Positions 20,678-28,599 of a stretch of 64,000 nucleotides of DNA are shown piece by piece. Under the pieces are notes generated by a model. It was not told the DNA's origin. It saw only the letters and a program-made list of their open reading frames with translations, and did no database searches. A program made the translations under genes and the position numbers. Numbering within the stretch: position 1 is the stretch's first letter; each line of letters opens with the position of its first letter. The DNA is from a virus (Duplodnaviria > Caudoviricetes), in IMG/VR virus record IMGVR_UViG_3300021958_000023, positions 1-64,000 of that record; one strand, written 5' to 3'.

Positions 20678-20826
20678 GTTTTAATTGTTTATACATTCTT
20701 ATATAGTATTCTAATGTTTTTGGGTAGTTTTCTACATTTCCAACTGACCTATTTGCTAGCCAGTTCACAAACTCTGCCACTTCATCTTTTTCTTCTATAT
20801 AATCACTCGGTGATCGTTTCATTATT

Positions 20827-20920
20827 TGGTACTCCTGACAGGATTTGAACCTGTATCGCTCTCTAATCTGGAGACTGTGCCGAGTATAAGCCGGGTGTTT
20901 TACCATTAAACTACAGGAGT
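20827..20920 (-). tRNA. Atypical tRNA-Ile(UAU) with a long extra arm
   Basis: ACTCCTG/CAGGAGT acceptor, A73, CCA; anticodon loop CTTATAC; 24-nt variable region containing hairpin TCTC-CAGATTA-GAGA. Confidence 0.85.
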
Positions 20921-20922
20921 GT

Positions 20923-21008
20923 TGGTGCCCCCAGCGAGACTCGAACTCGCACGACCTAAGGTCTCAGGATTTTAAGTCCTGTGTGTCTACCAATTCCACC
21001 ACAGGGGC
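20923..21008 (-). tRNA. tRNA-Leu(UAA)
   Basis: Class II cloverleaf, anticodon TAA, CCA. Confidence 0.95.
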
Positions 21009-21086
21009 ATTTGTTCTACTATAGATCCTATCATAATAAAAACTAAACCATACTGTATAGTTTTTAATAATGTATAGGTTATTAAA

Positions 21087-21338
21087 TCACTCATCTATTC
21101 TCCCATCACAATACAGAGGAGACTCTGGATTATCATAGTAATTATCCCAGGCTTGTTCGTCCCAATAATCGTCTAACTCTTGTTGAATTATATCCCAATG
21201 CTCAACAGCGGCACGATACTCAATAGAGTATGTTCCAAACTCTTTGATCGCAAGATCAATAAAAGTGCTACGATCTACATTGTAATGTTCTTGAGCGAAC
21301 TCTTCTCCGTGCATTGTCATTGCTTTAACTTTGCCCAT
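21087..21338 (-). CDS. Hypothetical phage protein
   Basis: MGKVKA start; GGAG RBS. Confidence 0.55.
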   Translation of the reverse strand: MGKVKAMTMHGEEFAQEHYNVDRSTFIDLAIKEFGTYSIEYRAAVEHWDIIQQELDDYWDEQAWDNYYDNPESPLYCDGRIDE

Positions 21339-21538
21339 TAAATAACTCCGTCCTCTTGTAGTTTTTTGATTCTTCTGTATTCTAACAAATCAAATAGCAA
21401 GTATGCAAGAAAAAAACCATATAAGCTGTAGATAACTCCAAGCATACTGGGAATAAGTATCAGAAGCATACTAAATCTAAAGAAATAAGGACTAACATAA
21501 CTTCTTGGTAGTGCATACATTGGCCATCTATCGTCCAC
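21338..21538 (-). CDS. Hypothetical membrane protein
   Basis: Two hydrophobic segments. Confidence 0.45.
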   Translation of the reverse strand: MDDRWPMYALPRSYVSPYFFRFSMLLILIPSMLGVIYSLYGFFLAYLLFDLLEYRRIKKLQEDGVI

Positions 21539-21950
21539 TTGATATCCTATCTATTAAAGCTGCTATAATTACAAGGGGTAAGAATACAATAAAAAATATT
21601 GTTCCAACAATGCCCATTCCTTCGTCTTTAGTTTCTTCTTTAGTTCCGCTGCCTGATGCAGCACGAACCCAGTATACTCCGCTTGAGTGGTTTTTTGGTT
21701 TTAATCCAGCTTGTCTCATTCAAAAATTCCTTCTTTTACTAGATAGTTATCAAGAGTTCTTCGTAACGATACAAGCACATTATCCCAATAATTATAGCTC
21801 CAAGAACCTTCTTCGCATCGGTCTCTGACTTTAGCTACTCCATCCATTCTTTTTAGGTAAAGATGTATTACTACTTGGTTTTTCATTTTGACCTCTCAAT
21901 CATTCATAACTAATAATATCAAATTATGAATCATTTGGCAAGCAAGAAAT

Positions 21951-21977
21951 AAAAAAGGGAGCCCGAAAGCTCCCTTT
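21951..21977 (-). terminator. Intrinsic terminator after hsp20
   Basis: AAAGGGAGC-TTTCGG-GCTCCCTTT plus T-run. Confidence 0.8.
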
Positions 21978-21999
21978 GAATTTGATATGCCAAGACTGG

Positions 22000-22431
22000 T
22001 TACTTGATTTCAATGAGCTTCGGCTTTTTCTCTTCTGGAATGATACGTTCTAGTTCTACATAAAGCATACCATTCGTCATCTCTGCTGAATTAACAACAA
22101 TGTCATCAGCTAGGGTAAACTTACGGCGGAACTTACGCTGTGAGATTCCTTTGTGTAGCCATTCCCACTTATCGTTTTCAACAACATTTTCTGGATTATG
22201 CTCAACTGTAAGCACTCCATCAGCAATTTCTAGTTTCAAATCTTCTTTTTTAACACCAGCTAGTGCCATTTCAATTTGAAACTTGTTACCGTCTTTAATA
22301 ATGTTGTATGGTGGAAAAGCTGTAGAAGTAGCCTGATGAGTCATGTAACGATTCATATCGTCAAAGATTCTATCAAAGCCAACAGCAAAAGGTGTGAGTT
22401 TATTTAAGTCAAGTGTAGTTAAATGTGTCAT
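22000..22431 (-). CDS. hsp20: Small heat shock protein (Hsp20/IbpA family)
   Basis: FPPYNI, IEMALAG, LHKGISQRKF.RKFTL, NGML.V.LERIIPEEKKPK.I.I; AAGGAG RBS. Confidence 0.95.
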   Translation of the reverse strand: MTHLTTLDLNKLTPFAVGFDRIFDDMNRYMTHQATSTAFPPYNIIKDGNKFQIEMALAGVKKEDLKLEIADGVLTVEHNPENVVENDKWEWLHKGISQRKFRRKFTLADDIVVNSAEMTNGMLYVELERIIPEEKKPKLIEIK

Positions 22432-22541
22432 CTTACATATCTCCTTATTAAGCAAGAATAAAAAAGTAAAGTTCCCACTTAGGCAAACCTTACTGTTATA
22501 ATATAGCAAAAAATTAAGTAGAGAGCAATTAAAATTTTTAA

Positions 22542-23105
22542 TTAACTATATATATGCTCTACTCTATCTAATCCTAGCGTCCAGTCTTTGTCTAACCAAG
22601 GCTTATGAACTGGTGGCGGTCCTGGAGTTCCTTTCACTGCATGAATTTTTATTGTTTCATAGTAGTCAAAATTTAGTAGATGTATTTGAGAACGGGTATA
22701 ACGATGAAACCAATAGGTTGCAATAGTTCCTGTGAGAGGTCTTGCAATACCCATTTCTTTGACCATCTCTTCCCAGTCTTCTATAGGCCAAAAGTAGGTA
22801 TGAGTCCAATCAGTAGGGTAGTTACGCTTCATGTTCGCACCTTTATTATCTCCATTAGCACGAATAATCCACTGTTCGTCTCCTATTCCTCTTGATTCTT
22901 CTTGAAAATAGGCAGGCTGTGATTGGTTATTAAACCAGATATCGCACGATCCCCAACGACGAGAAGAATTAAGACGAACTACAATAGCATCAGTGTGAAG
23001 ATCGCCAACTACTTTAGATCCAGATACTATAATTATAGGTCTATTATCAATAAAATCTATAATGCTATTCAGCATACTCATTCCATAAGTCAGCATATGG
23101 AACAT
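22542..23105 (-). CDS. Glycosyltransferase family 29-like protein
   Basis: IIIVSGS...D.IVVRLN...PLTGT...I.LLNFDYY...H pattern. Confidence 0.45.
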   Translation of the reverse strand: MFHMLTYGMSMLNSIIDFIDNRPIIIVSGSKVVGDLHTDAIVVRLNSSRRWGSCDIWFNNQSQPAYFQEESRGIGDEQWIIRANGDNKGANMKRNYPTDWTHTYFWPIEDWEEMVKEMGIARPLTGTIATYWFHRYTRSQIHLLNFDYYETIKIHAVKGTPGPPPVHKPWLDKDWTLGLDRVEHIYS

Positions 23106-23727
23106 CTTGATAACCTTCTAGCCAAGGACCTCCATCAGTAAAATGAAGAGCGTGAGGAGTAACTGAACTAGAATAGTAATTTACTAACCAGTTCCATTTT
23201 AGAGGTAGATTGCCTACCTCACTTTCATCACACCACTCAAACTGATGTAATTGAGAAGGGGACAAAGAATTCACAACTTCAGGAGTAAGTTCTCGACAAG
23301 CACTATGCTCACAGTTAAAAAGCATGAGTGAACTCCAGTTCTTTTTTGGATAACTGTGATTTTGTTTGCCATTCATTTTTTCTTCATTCCACTCATAGTT
23401 AGAGTGTTGAACCACTTGAACTGCTTTAGTATGATCTCTCATTTCAAGCAAGCTCTCTATATCTTTTAAGAAAATGAAGTCAGCATCACAGTATAGCGCC
23501 CAACTGCTAAAACCGTTTAGTGCAGGAACTAAAAAGCGTGTTAAGGAAAAAGGAGTTGAAGCAAGTTCATCATCTTCTCTATAGTAGATTCCAGAGTTTC
23601 TTAGGTCGTCTTGAGAAAGTCTCACAATCTTAAAAAAGTGAGGAGAAGTCATATTTCTAAACAACGAGTTTTTACAAGCTACGTGTGGCTCTGGATGTAG
23701 TGGGTCATAACCAATGTATATATTCAT
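23065..23727 (-). CDS. Glycosyltransferase (GT-A fold, GT8-like phage family)
   Basis: IYIGYD, STPFSLTRFLVP, YCDADF, YPKKNWSSLMLFNC, LHFTDGGPW. Confidence 0.85.
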   Translation of the reverse strand: MNIYIGYDPLHPEPHVACKNSLFRNMTSPHFFKIVRLSQDDLRNSGIYYREDDELASTPFSLTRFLVPALNGFSSWALYCDADFIFLKDIESLLEMRDHTKAVQVVQHSNYEWNEEKMNGKQNHSYPKKNWSSLMLFNCEHSACRELTPEVVNSLSPSQLHQFEWCDESEVGNLPLKWNWLVNYYSSSVTPHALHFTDGGPWLEGYQDVPYADLWNEYAE

Positions 23728-23890
23728 CTTTTTACTTTCTGTTTTTCATAGTCTTTACTAAGAGCGATTCGATGTTTAAGTTTTCTAACTCCATAATTAG
23801 TATTTTTTACAAGACTAATTGGTTCTTTTGCCATCTCTGACTTGATTGGACCGCCTTCAATGTATTTTACAACTACTGGGGGTGTTTTCA

Positions 23891-24238
23891 TCATAATTTT
23901 TCCTCTACTGTAAATAACTCTGCGACATCAAAATCAACTCCGTTTCCAAACTGAATTACACAAGCCTCATCTGATTCTATATGGAACTCAACAACAGAAA
24001 ATGATCCTGTGTCTGGACTATAAAACCAATATACAGGAACAATAGTAAGATCTCTAGGATTCTCTTCATTAAAACTTGAGTTTCCAAGACCTCCGATGAG
24101 TGCCATCTCATCATTTCCCTCAAGCAACATTCTTACTTCAGCTACACTACCACACTGTATAGGTTTTAGTCTCCACTCAGCTGCTGAAGCTGAGAAAGAT
24201 AATAGTATAAATAGTAAAGTATTAAATATAGTTTTCAT
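23891..24238 (-). CDS. Hypothetical secreted protein
   Basis: Signal peptide ending ASA; KPIQCG...AC motif. Confidence 0.6.
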   Translation of the reverse strand: MKTIFNTLLFILLSFSASAAEWRLKPIQCGSVAEVRMLLEGNDEMALIGGLGNSSFNEENPRDLTIVPVYWFYSPDTGSFSVVEFHIESDEACVIQFGNGVDFDVAELFTVEEKL

Positions 24239-24698
24239 AGTCGTTCGGATCCCAATGTTGGCGGTCTCGAACTAAAATTTCAAATCCTGATCCGCTTAAA
24301 TGAACTCGCTCAATATCGGAAAGGTTAAGGGAGTCCAACTCACCATAATTTTGTAGAACATTAAAGGAAGTTGGTATCTTATCCATATCCCAATCTCTGA
24401 AAGCCACAATGCAAGGGATTGTAGAAAGTTTAGATTTGAGTGATGCTGCAAGTCTTTGTCCTCCATGAGTGCAGACATAGTTACCGTCTTTAAACATTAC
24501 ACAAAGAGGATATCGTAATCCTTCTTTGTTGATGCTATTTATTAGCTTGTTTAATATATAAGCCCAACCTGAATGTCTAGACTTATACCAATTTTCATCT
24601 CTACTGAGTTGATTCTGTATGAGATGTTTATCTAACTCTGCATAGGTTAGTATAAATTTTTGTGTTTCGTCTGTGTTTCCATTAAAAAGAAAAGTCAT
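24222..24698 (-). CDS. ParB/Srx-like N-terminal domain protein
   Basis: L.NSI.KEGLRYP...GGQRL.A...IPCIV. Confidence 0.6.
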   Translation of the reverse strand: MTFLFNGNTDETQKFILTYAELDKHLIQNQLSRDENWYKSRHSGWAYILNKLINSINKEGLRYPLCVMFKDGNYVCTHGGQRLAASLKSKLSTIPCIVAFRDWDMDKIPTSFNVLQNYGELDSLNLSDIERVHLSGSGFEILVRDRQHWDPNDYENYI

Positions 24699-24981
24699 AG
24701 TTTAAAAAGTAGTATTGTCCAACTGTTTTGAAAGTAGTTGCACCGTGAATATCAAACTTTGTTTTTAGATCTTCTTCTCCACTAATAAGAGCAGGACAAT
24801 GCTCTGAGTGAACGATTACAGTTTTACCTTGTATACCGTCCCATGACCACTCTTCTATTCTAAAAGGTATAGAGTCTTTGGTTCCGTAGGCAGCTGATAG
24901 AATAGTAGTTTCATCTTCAACAGGAACAGCTTCAAATAGTTGAAATATCTCTTGTTTATTCATGCTCACCGCCTGGATCAC
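24682..24981 (-). CDS. Hypothetical protein
   Basis: E.WSWDGI.G motif. Confidence 0.5.
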   Translation of the reverse strand: MIQAVSMNKQEIFQLFEAVPVEDETTILSAAYGTKDSIPFRIEEWSWDGIQGKTVIVHSEHCPALISGEEDLKTKFDIHGATTFKTVGQYYFLNYDFSF

Positions 24982-25327
24982 GAGGATCTAACAAAACTCT
25001 TTGACCGTTAATCCACATATACCCACGAGTGCGACTTACCGAATGATAACCATCAGTGCGCAACTTAAAAACCTCTGGATTGTTTTTTGCAACTGTAAAT
25101 GTTCCTACAGTAATAGCAATTGCTGCAAGAATGATAACATGAGCTATAGCTGTGATACCAAAAACCCACATTGATCCAAAATACATTGAAAATACAATAC
25201 ACCACATCCAAGCAAGCACTTGCATTACCATGTGACGAGTATTTAAGTCTGGAATATTGCGTAGTGGATTCAAACGATGATCCATAATAAGATTCCAATA
25301 ATCAACAGTTAAGGTTTTCATCTCCAA
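24956..25327 (-). CDS. Conserved marine-phage membrane protein
   Basis: NPLRNIPD..TRHMVMQVLAWMWCIVF; 2 transmembrane helices. Confidence 0.65.
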   Translation of the reverse strand: MEMKTLTVDYWNLIMDHRLNPLRNIPDLNTRHMVMQVLAWMWCIVFSMYFGSMWVFGITAIAHVIILAAIAITVGTFTVAKNNPEVFKLRTDGYHSVSRTRGYMWINGQRVLLDPRDPGGEHE

Positions 25328-25560
25328 TTCTCCACTCCACCTTGATACGCCTCTGAGAAGTCAAATTCCATTTGATCAGAATAGAAACGCACAGTATCTT
25401 CTGTCATCACACCACTCTCCCAGTTTTCAAGAGCATCGCGCACATACTCTATAGAGTTGTGTGGGTAGGCGATTGTTCCAATCACGCTCCAATCATCAAA
25501 AAAGTCTATCTTCCATATCTGATTATCGCAGTATATTCTACCATGTCTTGCCATTTTCAT
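25318..25560 (-). CDS. Hypothetical phage protein
   Basis: AAGGAG RBS; promoter TTGCAT-N17-TATGAT upstream. Confidence 0.55.
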   Translation of the reverse strand: MKMARHGRIYCDNQIWKIDFFDDWSVIGTIAYPHNSIEYVRDALENWESGVMTEDTVRFYSDQMEFDFSEAYQGGVENWR

Positions 25561-25877
25561 CTCCTTGTTCGCACTTCGTGCGAGCGCTGCCCTCCGATTC
25601 TTCTATCATAGCAAAAAAACCACCTCGATGCAAGCCAAAAATGAGGCGCACGGGTGGCGTGGAACGAGTTGTGATTTCATCACTGTTGTATCAGCTTAGT
25701 GAAATATAGATTGCATGAGAATCATCACTGCCACAACTGGTGTTAAAATTACAAGCATTTTAAGCTGTGCAGTAAATATCTCATTGCGTTTTCGCTTGCG
25801 CATTGAAACTCCGTTTCTTTTTTTCTTCCCTTAGAGTAACATAGATCTGACCTTCAGTCAAAAGTTGAATTCTCATA

Positions 25878-26138
25878 CTAAGAATTTGCGGATTCTAGAA
25901 GGGAATGTAGTGCGACTACGCGGTTCGCAGGCGTGATATCATAGACTTGTCCTAGTGGCTCGCCTAATGACTTGTGTTTGCTAACCATGCGTTGATGCTT
26001 ACAAGGTTTGCGATAGCTGGGACAAGAACAATAATTGCCAACTTGATATACCGCTAGTGGGTAGCGATCGTCTCCCCAAGATGACACTTCATATACGCTT
26101 TTACTGCGTTTCACTAGATACATTTTTTCCCTCTTCAT
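25878..26138 (-). CDS. SWIM zinc-finger protein
   Basis: CSCPSYRKPCKH. Confidence 0.7.
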   Translation of the reverse strand: MKREKMYLVKRSKSVYEVSSWGDDRYPLAVYQVGNYCSCPSYRKPCKHQRMVSKHKSLGEPLGQVYDITPANRVVALHSLLESANS

Positions 26139-26535
26139 GCCAGTTGCCTTGATATAGTCTAAAAATTTCTACTGCCCCACTTGAACGAATGTAGGCGCGT
26201 CCTCCATCTATCATCTGTCCATCATCAAATTTACGATAGTCATGTCGATAACGCGAATACTCATACTCATCATTCACACAGATCATGCCAAACAGTTCGC
26301 GTTCTATCTGATCTGCGGCACAGATATACGGTTTGCCCTCTTTATCATTCCAGTAGAGGCCAAAGTAGTAGTTACCAAATTTAGGATGTGGTGTGTCGCG
26401 ATAAAATATGTCTACAGGATGATTAGAGTCGCTCAGTTCTGAGGTGCAGACATATCGACAAGGTATACCGTCTTCTGAAGTATAGTGTTGCTCAACAGCT
26501 TCTATATCGAAAACAGGATAGTGATTGATTTTCAT
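26101..26535 (-). CDS. Conserved phage hypothetical protein
   Basis: PHPKFGNYYFG...SRYRHDY...IDGGRAYIR. Confidence 0.7.
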   Translation of the reverse strand: MKINHYPVFDIEAVEQHYTSEDGIPCRYVCTSELSDSNHPVDIFYRDTPHPKFGNYYFGLYWNDKEGKPYICAADQIERELFGMICVNDEYEYSRYRHDYRKFDDGQMIDGGRAYIRSSGAVEIFRLYQGNWHEEGKNVSSETQ

Positions 26536-26554
26536 GTGTCACTCTAGTAGTTAT

Positions 26555-26650
26555 AAGGTGAGAAGACGCGTAATCTGCCAAGGCTCCGCTTATGTTTAAC
26601 ATTTTTGGGTTGGCGTTGAGATCCGCAGATGTTGCGTCTCCTCAATTTGT
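26555..26650 (-). ncRNA. Small structured RNA or leader (about 95 nt; RNA-E)
   Basis: Own promoter at 26657-26685; 11-bp closing stem UGAGGAGACGC/GCGUCUUCUCA and inner stem AUCUGC/GCAGAU. Confidence 0.5.
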
Positions 26651-26656
26651 AATTAT

Positions 26657-26685
26657 ATATTATCAAAAATCTCAGCGCCATGCAA
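26657..26685 (-). promoter_or_regulatory. sigma70-like promoter of RNA-E
   Basis: TTGCAT-N17-TAATAT. Confidence 0.6.
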
Positions 26686-26720
26686 GTATAATTTTGCTTA
26701 AATTTATATTTTAGTAAAAG

Positions 26721-27270
26721 TAAAAAGGGCGTAACACGAGGTTACACCCTTTTACCTCTAGAGTTCTGGTGACAGAGCTACTAGATTCTCCTTTTGTGTA
26801 TACTGTCTTTCGTCCGAATCTAATTCAGCGACAAGGCATCCAAAGATGAACAGCTTACCTTAAAAATATAATCTTAAACTAGCCCCGCCTCTCGCCGTTT
26901 AAGCACTCGCACACTTCTCTTACCGAGGAACAACAGGTGGATGAGGTCCGTTGCGTCAACTCGTAAGCCCCCTCTAGCGAGTCTACCTACATAAGGTGTA
27001 GTCGCGAAGTCGAAACTTCCACTACGTCTCCCCCTCGCAGAAGAGCTATGTGAATAGGTGGGAATCGGCTATACCCACAACCTCCTAGTAGATACCTAAT
27101 GATTATCTAATATCTTTCAGAGGAACTTCGCATAGACTAGTTAGGTCTAACTCCTTGTAACTCTGCATCTCTACAGTCTTACAGTGCCACTACAGCTACG
27201 AATCAAGTTCATGTCTCTACGAACATTCTTCCTTGCACTATTCTTGGGAAGAGCGACTTCCCAATCTTTA
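26721..27270 (-). ncRNA. Large structured ncRNA, about 550 nt, ROOL-like (RNA-D)
   Basis: No ORF; own promoter and terminator; many hairpins including GAAGU-UUCG-ACUUC; blocks GUGCAAGGAAGAAUG, UUCGUAG, CUAGUCUAUGCGAAGUUCC and GGACGAAAG resemble ROOL as I recall it. Confidence 0.7.
26722..26753 (-). terminator. Intrinsic terminator of RNA-D
   Basis: AAAAGGGTGTAAC-ctcgt-GTTACGCCCTTTTT. Confidence 0.85.
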
Positions 27271-27276
27271 TAACTT

Positions 27277-27305
27277 ATCTTACCAAAATTTCTTCCAGTA
27301 AGCAA
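27277..27305 (-). promoter_or_regulatory. sigma70-like promoter of RNA-D
   Basis: TTGCTT-N17-TAAGAT. Confidence 0.7.
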
Positions 27306-27307
27306 GT

Positions 27308-28077
27308 AAAAAGTTAACTTATCTACTCCGACCCTCTCGTTTGTTACATAGAGCCACCAATCAGGCTCAGCCTACATAGATAAGTAGTGACCACCACCAA
27401 CCTCGTCAGTCACCAATGAGGCAGCATACACGCTGTTGTTCCTCCCCGACTCGTGAATTGTGTCTCACGACAAGACCCCGCCAGATATCCTGCTTTACAG
27501 CCTACGGCACGGGACTGAGATTTTCGCCATTTCGCTACTCAGTTCAACGAGAGGGACTCTACACCCCCATTGCCGAGACAACTCAGCATCTTACGCTTAG
27601 ATCATCGTTGAGGAAGGTTTTTTTAAGTAGGTTATCCTTACCGAAACTACTCAGAAAGAGGAGAGCGATTAAACTAAGGTCCGTCTATGACTGGACTACC
27701 TGCTCTTTCTTATATAACTGCCTGGTGGCACTAATTGCTCTTACCTAAGTAATCAGACCAGGACTTTCGCTGGCAGCCAGAACTAGTATAAGTTCAGCGC
27801 GAGTGAGGTATTAACGCCCCTCCTAGAACTTCACCGTTACCCCCGTTGGCAAAGGCTATTCTGGCGTCTAGCTTTCTGTTTGACGTGAACCCAGCTAGAG
27901 GGAACGGAACAAGGATATTTATATACCGCCTCCGAGGCAGGGCGGAAGAGAAAGGCTACAGGGCGGTTCCGTCCCTACCGTTGCATCATTAACTGGATTT
28001 AACTTCCGCTAGGAGGTCACTTGCCGAAGCTCGTTCACTCAATCTAGCCCAGAGGATGATGCCTTTCTCAATCTTTA
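27308..28077 (-). ncRNA. Very large structured ncRNA, about 770 nt (RNA-C; GOLLD-sized, family unassigned)
   Basis: Own promoter; GC-richer than flanks; perfect long-range helices 28061-28069/27948-27956 and 27546-27555/27332-27341; many local hairpins; no sense-strand ORF. Confidence 0.7.
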
Positions 28078-28083
28078 TAATGT

Positions 28084-28112
28084 ATTATAAAATATTTTTA
28101 ACCAATAAGCAA
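28084..28112 (-). promoter_or_regulatory. sigma70-like promoter of RNA-C
   Basis: TTGCTT-N17-TATAAT. Confidence 0.75.
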
Positions 28113-28114
28113 AC

Positions 28115-28286
28115 AAAAAATCATGAGCGAGAGTAGTTTCAATACTAGCGAAGAGTAATTTTGAATAGTGCCTAGTGAACTGCGTCATACAATACACATC
28201 GTTGGCGGGTCTTGCGTTCTTTACTCCTAGCACTCGCTCGGTGACTTTGACAGAGGTTTTACAAGAAGGTTATCCTCTGAACTTCT
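28115..28286 (-). ncRNA. Structured ncRNA, about 170 nt (RNA-B)
   Basis: Own promoter; stems CAGAGG/CCUCUG, GAGCGAG/CUCGCUC and GUGCUAG/CUAGGCAC; terminal U-run. Confidence 0.55.
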
Positions 28287-28292
28287 TTATAT

Positions 28293-28321
28293 ATAATACA
28301 AAAACTTTAACCATTAAGCAA
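28293..28321 (-). promoter_or_regulatory. sigma70-like promoter of RNA-B
   Basis: TTGCTT-N17-TATTAT. Confidence 0.7.
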
Positions 28322-28323
28322 CT

Positions 28324-28563
28324 AAAAAGTTGATGGGGAGGATTCTCGCGCCTCCCCAGACTTTGACATTCGAGCACGGGTCTTTGGTTGACTAGCCTTC
28401 TCTACTTTGTCTTAGTCTATACGCGGTGGAATTGTCGATACCACAGAACGCTGTTTCTATCGTATGAAACTAGTACGACTGATAATATTGCTTACGACTA
28501 GGGGCAGACAAACCTACCGTCGCGAGCTCGGTGAGTTGCAGCTAGGCTTCTCGCTCAATCAGT
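28324..28563 (-). ncRNA. Structured ncRNA, about 240 nt (RNA-A)
   Basis: Own promoter; 3' hairpin GGGGAGG/CCUCCCC then a U-run; no ORF. Confidence 0.55.
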
Positions 28564-28569
28564 AAATAT

Positions 28570-28598
28570 ATAATATAAAATTTTTAAGCGCGAAGCAA
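28570..28598 (-). promoter_or_regulatory. sigma70-like promoter of RNA-A
   Basis: TTGCTT-N17-TATTAT. Confidence 0.7.
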
Positions 28599-28599
28599 T

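Noticed and set aside
27416-27748. 110-aa + strand ORF
   Set aside because: Antisense to the promoter-defined structured RNA; no RBS; atypical composition
27755-27780. RNase P RNA, suggested by GAAAGUCC in RNA-C
   Set aside because: The P4 partner and other universally conserved regions were not found, and the length is about twice that expected
28115-28563. tmRNA (one- or two-piece), suggested by GCC AAC GAT (A-N-D) and the GGGGAGG/CCUCCCC-AUCA stem
   Set aside because: No T-arm GGUUCGA, no G3-U70 pair, no CCA, and the frame does not end in an ALAA-type tag
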